Origin: the human T2T-CHM13v2.0 reference genome, Homo sapiens
DNA length: 64,000 nucleotides
NCBI RefSeq assembly: GCF_009914755.1
Contig: NC_060930.1
Strand: one strand, 5' to 3'
A program made the position numbers and the translations under genes. Numbering within the stretch: position 1 is the stretch's first letter; each line of letters opens with the position of its first letter. The notes under the pieces were generated by a model. It was not told where the DNA came from, did no database searches, and was given only the letters and a program-made list of their open reading frames with translations. Positions 50,601 to 62,038 of the stretch are shown piece by piece.

Positions 50601-53600
50601 GTAGAAAAGGAAATATCTTTCCATAAAAGCTAGACAGAAGCAATCTCAGAAACTCCTCTGTGATGTCTGCATTCAACTCACCGAGTGGAACATTCCTCTT
50701 GATGGAGCAGTTTGGAAACACTCTTTCTGTAGAATCAGCTTGTTTGTATTTGGACCTCCTTGAGGCCTTCGTTGGAAACGGGTTTTCATCTTATAAACCC
50801 AGACAGAAGAATTCTCAGAGTCTTCTTTGTGATGTGTGCTTTCAACTCACCGAGATAAAGATTTCTCTTGATAGAGCAATTTGGAAACACTCTTTTTGTA
50901 GAATTTGCAAGGGTACATTGAGAGCGCTTTCAGGCCTATGGTAGAAAAGGGAATATCTTTCCATAAAAGGTAGACAGAAGCAATCTCAGAAACTACTTTG
51001 TGATGTGTGCATTCAACTCACCGAGTGCAACGTTCCTCTTGACCGAGCAGTTTGGAAACATTGTTTCTGTAGAATCTGCAAGTGGATATTTGGACCTCTT
51101 TGAGGCCTTCGTTGGAAACGGGATTTCTTCCTATAAACCCAGACAGAAGAATTCTCAGAGACTTCTTTGTGATGTGTGAATTCAACTCACAGTGTGGATC
51201 CTTCCTTTTGATAGAGCAGTTTTGAAACCCTGTTTTTGTAGTATTTCCAAGCGGATATTTGGAACGCCTTGAAGCGTATGGTAGAAAAGGAAATATCTTC
51301 CCATAAAATCTAGACAGAACCAATCTCAGAAACGACTTTGTGATGTCTGCATTCAAGTCACAGAGTTGAACATTTCTCTTGATAGAGCAGTTTTGAAACC
51401 CTCTTTCTGAAGGATCTGCAAGTGGATATTTGGAACTCCTTTGGGTCTTCGTTGGAAACGGGATTTCTTCGTATAAATCTAGACAGAAGAATTCTCAGAA
51501 ACTTCCTTGTGATGTGTGCATTCAACTCAGCGAGTGGCACCTTCCTTTGGATACAGCAGTTTTGAAACACTGTTTTTGTAGTATTTCCAAGCGGATATTT
51601 AGAGCGCCTTGAAGCCTATGCTAGAAATGGAAATATCTCCCCATAAAACCAAGACGGAAGCAATCTCAGAAACTAATGTGTGATGGCTGCATTCCACACA
51701 CACGGTGGACCATTTCTCTTGATAGAGCAGTTTTGAAACACTCTTTCTGTAGAATCTGCAAGTGGATAATTGGACCTCCTAGAGGCCTTCGTTGGAAACG
51801 GGATTTCTTCATCTAAACCTACAGAGAAGTATTCTCAGTAACTTCTTCGGATGTGTGCATTCGACGCACAGAATGGAACATTCCCTTTGATAGAGCAGTT
51901 TTGAGACACCGTTTTTGTAGAATTCCCAAGTGGATATTTAGAGCACTTTGAAGTCTCTGCTAGAAAAGGAAACATCTTCATGTAAAAAGTAGATAGAATC
52001 GTTCTCAGAAAGTGCTTAGTGTCGTGTGCGTTCAACTCACAGAGTTTAACGTTTCTTTTGATAGAGCGTTTCTGAAACACCCTTCTTGTAGTAGCTGCAA
52101 GTGGATATTTGGACCTATTGGAGGCCTTCTTTGGAAATGGGATTTCTTCATGTAACTCTAGATTGAAGAATTCTCAGAAACTCCTTTGTGATGTGTGCAT
52201 TCAATTCAAAGAGTGAAACCTCTCTTTTCACAGAGCAGTTTTGAAACACTGTTTTTGTAGGATTTCCAAGGGGATATTTATAGCGCATTGAGCCTACGGC
52301 GGAAAAAGAAACATCTTCCTATAAAAACTAGACAGAATACTTCTCAGAATCTGCTTTGCGATGTGTGCGTTCAACTCACAGAGTAAAACTTTTCTTTTGA
52401 TAGAGCAGTTTTGAAACACTCTTTTTGTAGTATTTGCATGTGTATATTTAGAGCGCATTGAAGCCCACAGTAGAAAAGGAAATAACTTCACCTAAAACCT
52501 AGACAGAAGCAATCACAGAAACTACTTTGTGATGTGTACATTCAACTCACAGAGTGGAACTTTCCTCTTTATAGAGCAGTGTTGAAACACTCTTTTTGTA
52601 GAAACTGCAAGTGGATATTTGGACCTCTTTGAGGCCTTCGTTGGAAACGGGATTTCTTCCTATAACCCTAGACAGAAGAATTTTCAGAAACCTCATTGTG
52701 ATGTGTGCGTTCATCTCACAGAGTGGAGTCTTCCGTTTGATAGAGAAGTTTTGAAACCCTGTTCTTGTAGGATTTCCAAGTGGATATTTAGACCACTTTG
52801 AAGCCTATGATAGAAAAGGAAACATCTTCATGGAAAACATAGATAGAATCATCCTCAGAAACAACTTTGTGATGTGTGCGTTGAACTCACCGTCTTTAAC
52901 CTTTCTTTTGGTAGAGAAGTTTTGAAACACTCTCTTTGTAAAGTCTACAAGTGGATATTTTGAGCCCTTGGAGGCATTCTTTGGAAAAGGGAATGTCTTC
53001 ACATAAAAGGCAGACGGAAGTGTTCTCAGAAACTGCTTTGTGATGTCTGTGTTCAACTCACAGAGTTTAACATTTCCTTTGATAGAGCGGTTTAGTAACC
53101 CTCTCTTTGTAGAATTTGGAAGTGTATACTAAGAGCGCTTTGAGGCCTATGGTAGAAAAGGAAATATCTTTCCATAAAAGCTAGACAGAAGCAATCTCAG
53201 AAACTCCTCTGTGATGTCTGCATTCAACTCACCGAGTGGAACATTCCTCTTGAGAGAGCAGTTTGGAAACACTCTTTCTGTAGAATCAGCTTGTTTGTAT
53301 TTGGACCTCCTTGAGGCCTTCGTTGGAAACGGGTTTTCATCTTATAAACCCAGACAGAAGAATTCTCAGAGTCTTCTTTGTGATGTGTGCTTTCAACTCA
53401 CCGAGATAAAGATTTCTCTTGATAGAGCAATTTGGAAACACTCTTTTTGTAGAATTTGCAAGGGTACATTGAGAGCGCTTTCAGGCCTATGGTAGAAAAG
53501 GGAATATCTTTCCATAAAAGGTAGACAGAAGCAATCTCAGAAACTACTTTGTGATGTGTGCATTCAACTCACCGAGTGCAACGTTCCTCTTGACCGAGCA

Positions 53601-56600
53601 GTTTGGAAACATTGTTTCTGTAGAATCTGCAAGTGGATATTTGGACCTCTTTGAGGCCTTCGTTGGAAACGGGATTTCTTCCTATAAACCCAGACAGAAG
53701 AATTCTCAGAGACTTCTTTGTGATGTGTGAATTCAACTCACAGTGTGGATCCTTCCTTTTGATAGAGCAGTTTTGAAACCCTGTTTTTGTAGTATTTCCA
53801 AGCGGATATTTGGAACGCCTTGAAGCGTATGGTAGAAAAGGAAATATCTTCCCATAAAACCTAGACAGAACCAATCTCAGAAACGACTTTGTGATGTCTG
53901 CATTCAAGTCACAGAGTTGAACATTTCTCTTGATAGAGCAGTTTTGAAACCCTCTTTCTGAAGGATCTGCAAGTGGATATTTGGAACTCCTTTGGGTCTT
54001 CGTTGGAAACGGGATTTCTTCGTATAAATCTAGACAGAAGAATTCTCAGAAACTTCCTTGTGATGTGTGCATTCAACTCAGCGAGTGGCACCTTCCTTTG
54101 GATACAGCAGTTTTGAAACACTGTTTTTGTAGTATTTCCAAGCGGATATTTAGAGCGCCTTGAAGCCTATGCTAGAAATGGAAATATCTCCCCATAAAAC
54201 CAGGACGGAAGCAATCTCAGAAACTAATGTGTGATGGCTGCATTCCACACACACGGTGGACCATTTCTCTTGATAGAGCAGTTTTGAAACACTCTTTCTG
54301 TAGAATCTGCAAGTGGATAATTGGACCTCCTAGAGGCCTTCGTTGGAAACGGGATTTCTTCATCTAAACCTACAGAGAAGTATTCTCAGTAACTTCTTCG
54401 GATGTGTGCATTCGACGCACAGAATGGAACATTCCCTTTGATAGAGCAGTTTTGAGACACCGTTTTTGTAGAATTCCCAAGTGGATATTTAGAGCACTTT
54501 GAAGTCTCTGCTAGAAAAGGAAACATCTTCATGTAAAAAGTAGATAGAATCGTTCTCAGAAAGTGCTTAGTGTCGTGTGCGTTCAACTCACAGAGTTTAA
54601 CGTTTCTTTTGATAGAGCGTTTCTGAAACACCCTTCTTGTAGTAGCTGCAAGTGGATATTTGGACCTATTGGAGGCCTTCTTTGGAAATGGGATTTCTTC
54701 ATGTAACTCTAGAGTGAAGAATTCTCAGAAACTCCTTTGTGATGTGTGCATTCAATTCAAAGAGTGAAACCTCTCTTTTCACAGAGCAGTTTTGAAACAC
54801 TGTTTTTGTAGGATTTCCAAGGGGATATTTATAGCGCATTGAGCCTACGGCGGAAAAAGAAACATCTTCCTATAAAAACTAGACAGAATACTTCTCAGAA
54901 TCTGCTTTGCGATGTGTGCGTTCAACTCACAGAGTAAAACTTTTCTTTTGATAGAGCAGTTTTGAAACACTCTTTTTGTAGTATTTGCATGTGTATATTT
55001 AGAGCGCATTGAAGCCCACAGTAGAAAAGGAAATAACTTCACCTAAAACCTAGACAGAAGCAATCACAGAAACTACTTTGTGATGTGTACATTCAACTCA
55101 CAGAGTGGAACTTTCCTCTTTATAGAGCAGTGTTGAAACACTCTTTTTGTAGAAACTGCAAGTGGATATTTGGACCTCTTTGAGGCCTTCGTTGGAAACG
55201 GGATTTCTTCCTATAACCCTAGACAGAAGAATTTTCAGAAACCTCATTGTGATGTGTGCGTTCATCTCACAGAGTGGAGTCTTCCGTTTGATAGAGAAGT
55301 TTTGAAACCCTGTTCTTGTAGGATTTCCAAGTGGATATTTAGACCACTTTGAAGCCTATGATAGAAAAGGAAACATCTTCATGGAAAACATAGATAGAAT
55401 CATCCTCAGAAACAACTTTGTGATGTGTGCGTTGAACTCACCGTCTTTAACCTTTCTTTTGGTAGAGAAGTTTTGAAACACTCTCTTTGTAAAGTCTACA
55501 AGTGGATATTTTGAGCCCTTGGAGGCATTCTTTGGAAAAGGGAATGTCTTCACATAAAAGGCAGACGGAAGTGTTCTCAGAAACTGCTTTGTGATGTCTG
55601 TGTTCAACTCACAGAGTTTAACATTTCCTTTGATAGAGCGGTTTAGTAACCCTCTCTTTGTAGAATTTGGAAGTGTATACTAAGAGCGCTTTGAGGCCTA
55701 TGGTAGAAAAGGAAATATCTTTCCATAAAAGCTAGACAGAAGCAATCTCAGAAACTCCTCTGTGATGTCTGCATTCAACTCACCGAGTGGAACATTCCTC
55801 TTGAGAGAGCAGTTTGGAAACACTCTTTCTGTAGAATCAGCTTGTTTGTATTTGGACCTCCTTGAGGCCTTCGTTGGAAACGGGTTTTCATCTTATAAAC
55901 CCAGACAGAAGAATTCTCAGAGTCTTCTTTGTGATGTGTGCTTTCAACTCACCGAGATAAAGATTTCTCTTGATAGAGCAATTTGGAAACACTCTTTTTG
56001 TAGAATTTGCAAGGGTACATTGAGAGCGCTTTCAGGCCTATGGTAGAAAAGGGAATATCTTTCCATAAAAGGTAGACAGAAGCAATCTCAGAAACTACTT
56101 TGTGATGTGTGCATTCAACTCACCGAGTGCAACGTTCCTCTTGACCGAGCAGTTTGGAAACATTGTTTCTGTAGAATCTGCAAGTGGATATTTGGACCTC
56201 TTTGAGGCCTTCGTTGGAAACGGGATTTCTTCCTATAAACCCAGACAGAAGAATTCTCAGAGACTTCTTTGTGATGTGTGAATTCAACTCACAGTGTGGA
56301 TCCTTCCTTTTGATAGAGCAGTTTTGAAACCCTGTTTTTGTAGTATTTCCAAGCGGATATTTGGAACGCCTTGAAGCGTATGGTAGAAAAGGAAATATCT
56401 TCCCATAAAACCTAGACAGAACCAATCTCAGAAACGACTTTGTGATGTCTGCATTCAAGTCACAGAGTTGAACATTTCTCTTGATAGAGCAGTTTTGAAA
56501 CCCTCTTTCTGAAGGATCTGCAAGTGGATATTTGGAACTCCTTTGGGTCTTCGTTGGAAACGGGATTTCTTCGTATAAATCTAGACAGAAGAATTCTCAG

Positions 56601-59600
56601 AAACTTCCTTGTGATGAGTGCATTCAACTCAGCGAGTGGCACCTTCCTTTGGATACAGCAGTTTTGAAACACTGTTTTTGTAGTATTTCCAAGCGGATAT
56701 TTAGAGCGCCTTGAAGCCTATGCTAGAAATGGAAATATCTCCCCATAAAACCAAGACGGAAGCAATCTCAGAAACTAATGTGTGATGGCTGCATTCCACA
56801 CACACGGTGGACCATTTCTCTTGATAGAGCAGTTTTGAAACACTCTTTCTGTAGAATCTGCAAGTGGATAATTGGACCTCCTAGAGGCCTTCGTTGGAAA
56901 CGGGATTTCTTCATCTAAACCTACAGAGAAGAATTCTCAGTAACTTCTTCGGATGTGTGCATTCGACGCACAGAATGGAACATTCCCTTTGATAGAGCAG
57001 TTTTGAGACACCGTTTTTGTAGAATTCCCAAGTGGATATTTAGAGCACTTTGAAGTCTCTGCTAGAAAAGGAAACATCTTCATGTAAAAAGTAGATTGAA
57101 TCGTTCTCAGAAAGTGCTTAGTGACGTGTGCGTTCAACTCACAGAGTTTAACGTTTCTTTTGATAGAGCGTTTCTGAAACACCCTTCTTGTAGTAGCTGC
57201 AAGTGGATATTTGGACCTATTGGAGGCCTTCTTTGGAAATGGGATTTCTTCATGTAACTCTAGATTGAAGAGTTCTCAGAAACTCCTTTGTGATGTGTGC
57301 ATTCAATTCAAAGAGTGAAACCTCCCTTTTCACAGAGCAGTTTTGAAACACTGTTTTTGTAGGATTTCCAAGGGGATATTTATAGCGCATTGAGCCTACG
57401 GCGGAAAAAGAAACATCTTCCTATAAAAACTAGACAGAATACTTCTCAGAATCTGCTTTGCGATGTGTGCGTTCAACTCACAGAGTAAAACTTTTCTTTT
57501 GATAGAGCAGTTTTGAAACACTCTTTTTGTAGTATTTGCATGTGTATATTTAGAGCGCATTGAAGCCCACAGTAGAAAAGGAAATAACTTCACCTAAAAC
57601 CTAGACAGAAGCAATCACAGAAACTACTTTGTGATGTGTACATTCAACTCACAGAGTGGAACTTTCCTCTTTATAGAGCAGTGTTGAAACACTCTTTTTG
57701 TAGAAACTGCAAGTGGATATTTGGACCTCTTTGAGGCCTTCGTTGGAAACGGGATTTCTTCCTATAACCCTAGACAGAAGAATTTTCAGAAACCTCATTG
57801 TGATGTGTGCGTTCATCTCACAGAGTGGAGTCTTCCGTTTGATAGAGAAGTTTTGAAACCCTGTTCTTGTAGGATTTCCAAGTGGATATTTAGACCACTT
57901 TGAAGCCTATGATAGAAAAGGAAACATCTTCATGGAAAACATAGATAGAATCATCCTCAGAAACAACTTTGTGATGTGTGCGTTGAACTCACCGTCTTTA
58001 ACCTTTCTTTTGGTAGAGAAGTTTTGAAACACTCTCTTTGTAAAGTCTACAAGTGGATATTTTGAGCCCTTGGAGGCATTCTTTGGAAAAGGGAATGTCT
58101 TCACATAAAAGGCAGACGGAAGTGTTCTCAGAAACTGCTTTGTGATGTCTGTGTTCAACTCACAGAGTTTAACATTTCCTTTGATAGAGCGGTTTAGTAA
58201 CCCTCTCTTTGTAGAATTTGGAAGTGTATACTAAGAGCGCTTTGAGGCCTATGGTAGAAAAGGAAATATCTTTCCATAAAAGCTAGACAGAAGCAATCTC
58301 AGAAACTCCTCTGTGATGTCTGCATTCAACTCACCGAGTGGAACATTCCTCTTGAGAGAGCAGTTTGGAAACACTCTTTCTGTAGAATCAGCTTGTTTGT
58401 ATTTGGACCTCCTTGAGGCCTTCGTTGGAAACGGGTTTTCATCTTATAAACCCAGACAGAAGAATTCTCAGAGTCTTCTTTGTGATGTGTGCTTTCAACT
58501 CACCGAGATAAAGATTTCTCTTGATAGAGCAATTTGGAAACACTCTTTTTGTAGAATTTGCAAGGGTACATTGAGAGCGCTTTCAGGCCTATGGTAGAAA
58601 AGGGAATATCTTTCCATAAAAGGTAGACAGAAGCAATCTCAGAAACTACTTTGTGATGTGTGCATTCAACTCACCGAGTGCAACGTTCCTCTTGACCGAG
58701 CAGTTTGGAAACATTGTTTCTGTAGAATCTGCAAGTGGATATTTGGACCTCTTTGAGGCCTTCGTTGGAAACGGGATTTCTTCCTATAAACCCAGACAGA
58801 AGAATTCTCAGAGACTTCTTTGTGATGTGTGAATTCAACTCACAGTGTGGATCCTTCCTTTTGATAGAGCAGTTTTGAAACCCTGTTTTTGTAGTATTTC
58901 CAAGCGGATATTTGGAACGCCTTGAAGCGTATGGTAGAAAAGGAAATATCTTCCCATAAAACCTAGACAGAACCAATCTCAGAAACGACTTTGTGATGTC
59001 TGCATTCAAGTCACAGAGTTGAACATTTCTCTTGATAGAGCAGTTTTGAAACCCTCTTTCTGAAGGATCTGCAAGTGGATATTTGGAACTCCTTTGGGTC
59101 TTCGTTGGAAACGGGATTTCTTCGTATAAATCTAGACAGAAGAATTCTCAGAAACTTCCTTGTGATGTGTGCATTCAACTCAGCGAGTGGCACCTTCCTT
59201 TGGATACAGCAGTTTTGAAACACTGTTTTTGTAGTATTTCCAAGCGGATATTTAGAGCGCCTTGAAGACTATGCTAGAAATGGAAATATCTCCCCATAAA
59301 ACCAAGACGGAAGCAATCTCAGAAACTAATGTGTGATGGCTGCATTCCACACACACGGTGGACCATTTCTCTTGATAGAGCAGTTTTGAAACACTCTTTC
59401 TGTAGAATCTGCAAGTGGATAATTGGACCTCCTAGAGGCCTTCGTTGGAAACGGGATTTCTTCATCTAAACCTACAGAGAAGTATTCTCAGTAACTTCTT
59501 CGGATGTGTGCATTCGACGCACAGAATGGAACATTCCCTTTGATAGAGCAGTTTTGAGACACCGTTTTTGTAGAATTCCCAAGTGGATATTTAGAGCACT

Positions 59601-62038
59601 TTGAAGTCTCTGCTAGAAAAGGAAACATCTTCATGTAAAAAGTAGATAGAATCGTTCTCAGAAAGTGCTTAGTGACGTGTGCGTTCAACTCACAGAGTTT
59701 AACGTTTCTTTTGATAGAGCGTTTCTGAAACACCCTTCTTGTAGTAGCTGCAAGTGGATATTTGGACCTATTGGAGGCCTTCTTTGGAAATGGGATTTCT
59801 TCATGTAACTCTAGATTGAAGAGTTCTCAGAAACTCCTTTGTGATGTGTGCATTCAATTCAAAGAGTGAAACCTCCCTTTTCACAGAGCAGTTTTGAAAC
59901 ACTGTTTTTGTAGGATTTCCAAGGGGATATTTATAGCGCATTGAGCCTACGGCGGAAAAAGAAACATCTTCCTATAAAAACTAGACAGAATACTTCTCAG
60001 AATCTGCTTTGCGATGTGTGCGTTCAACTCACAGAGTAAAACTTTTCTTTTGATAGAGCAGTTTTGAAACACTCTTTTTGTAGTATTTGCATGTGTATAT
60101 TTAGAGCGCATTGAAGCCCACAGTAGAAAAGGAAATAACTTCACCTAAAACCTAGACAGAAGCAATCACAGAAACTACTTTGTGATGTGTACATTCAACT
60201 CACAGAGTGGAACTTTCCTCTTTATAGAGCAGTGTTGAAACACTCTTTTTGTAGAAACTGCAAGTGGATATTTGGACCTCTTTGAGGCCTTCGTTGGAAA
60301 CGGGATTTCTTCCTATAACCCTAGACAGAAGAATTTTCAGAAACCTCATTGTGATGTGTGCGTTCATCTCACAGAGTGGAGTCTTCCGTTTGATAGAGAA
60401 GTTTTGAAACCCTGTTCTTGTAGGATTTCCAAGTGGATATTTAGACCACTTTGAAGCCTATGATAGAAAAGGAAACATCTTCATGGAAAACATAGATAGA
60501 ATCATCCTCAGAAACAACTTTGTGATGTGTGCGTTGAACTCACCGTCTTTAACCTTTCTTTTGGTAGAGAAGTTTTGAAACACTCTCTTTGTAAAGTCTA
60601 CAAGTGGATATTTTGAGCCCTTGGAGGCATTCTTTGGAAAAGGGAATGTCTTCACATAAAAGGCAGACGGAAGTGTTCTCAGAAACTGCTTTGTGATGTC
60701 TGTGTTCAACTCACAGAGTTTAACATTTCCTTTGATAGAGCGGTTTAGTAACCCTCTCTTTGTAGAATTTGGAAGTGTATACTAAGAGCGCTTTGAGGCC
60801 TATGGTAGAAAAGGAAATATCTTTCCATAAAAGCTAGACAGAAGCAATCTCAGAAACTCCTCTGTGATGTCTGCATTCAACTCACCGAGTGGAACATTCC
60901 TCTTGAGAGAGCAGTTTGGAAACACTCTTTCTGTAGAATCAGCTTGTTTGTATTTGGACCTCCTTGAGGCCTTCGTTGGAAACGGGTTTTCATCTTATAA
61001 ACCCAGACAGAAGAATTCTCAGAGTCTTCTTTGTGATGTGTGCTTTCAACTCACCGAGATAAAGATTTCTCTTGATAGAGCAATTTGGAAACACTCTTTT
61101 TGTAGAATTTGCAAGGGTACATTGAGAGCGCTTTCAGGCCTATGGTAGAAAAGGGAATATCTTTCCATAAAAGGTAGACAGAAGCAATCTCAGAAACTAC
61201 TTTGTGATGTGTGCATTCAACTCACCGAGTGCAACGTTCCTCTTGACCGAGCAGTTTGGAAACATTGTTTCTGTAGAATCTGCAAGTGGATATTTGGACC
61301 TCTTTGAGGCCTTCGTTGGAAACGGGATTTCTTCCTATAAACCCAGACAGAAGAATTCTCAGAGACTTCTTTGTGATGTGTGAATTCAACTCACAGTGTG
61401 GATCCTTCCTTTTGATAGAGCAGTTTTGAAACCCTGTTTTTGTAGTATTTCCAAGCGGATATTTGGAACGCCTTGAAGCGTATGGTAGAAAAGGAAATAT
61501 CTTCCCATAAAACCTAGACAGAACCAATCTCAGAAACGACTTTGTGATGTCTGCATTCAAGTCACAGAGTTGAACATTTCTCTTGATAGAGCAGTTTTGA
61601 AACCCTCTTTCTGAAGGATCTGCAAGTGGATATTTGGAACTCCTTTGGGTCTTCGTTGGAAACGGGATTTCTTCGTATAAATCTAGACAGAAGAATTCTC
61701 AGAAACTTCCTTGTGATGTGTGCATTCAACTCAGCGAGTGGCACCTTCCTTTGGATACAGCAGTTTTGAAACACTGTTTTTGTAGTATTTCCAAGCGGAT
61801 ATTTAGAGCGCCTTGAAGACTATGCTAGAAATGGAAATATCTCCCCATAAAACCAAGACGGAAGCAATCTCAGAAACTAATGTGTGATGGCTGCATTCCA
61901 CACACACGGTGGACCATTTCTCTTGATAGAGCAGTTTTGAAACACTCTTTCTGTAGAATCTGCAAGTGGATAATTGGACCTCCTAGAGGCCTTCGTTGGA
62001 AACGGGATTTCTTCATCTAAACCTACAGAGAAGTATTC
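41631..62038 (+). repeat. Run of eight 15-mer HOR units U16-U23
   Basis: Eight consecutive 2551 bp spacings from 41631 to 62039. Confidence 0.95.
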
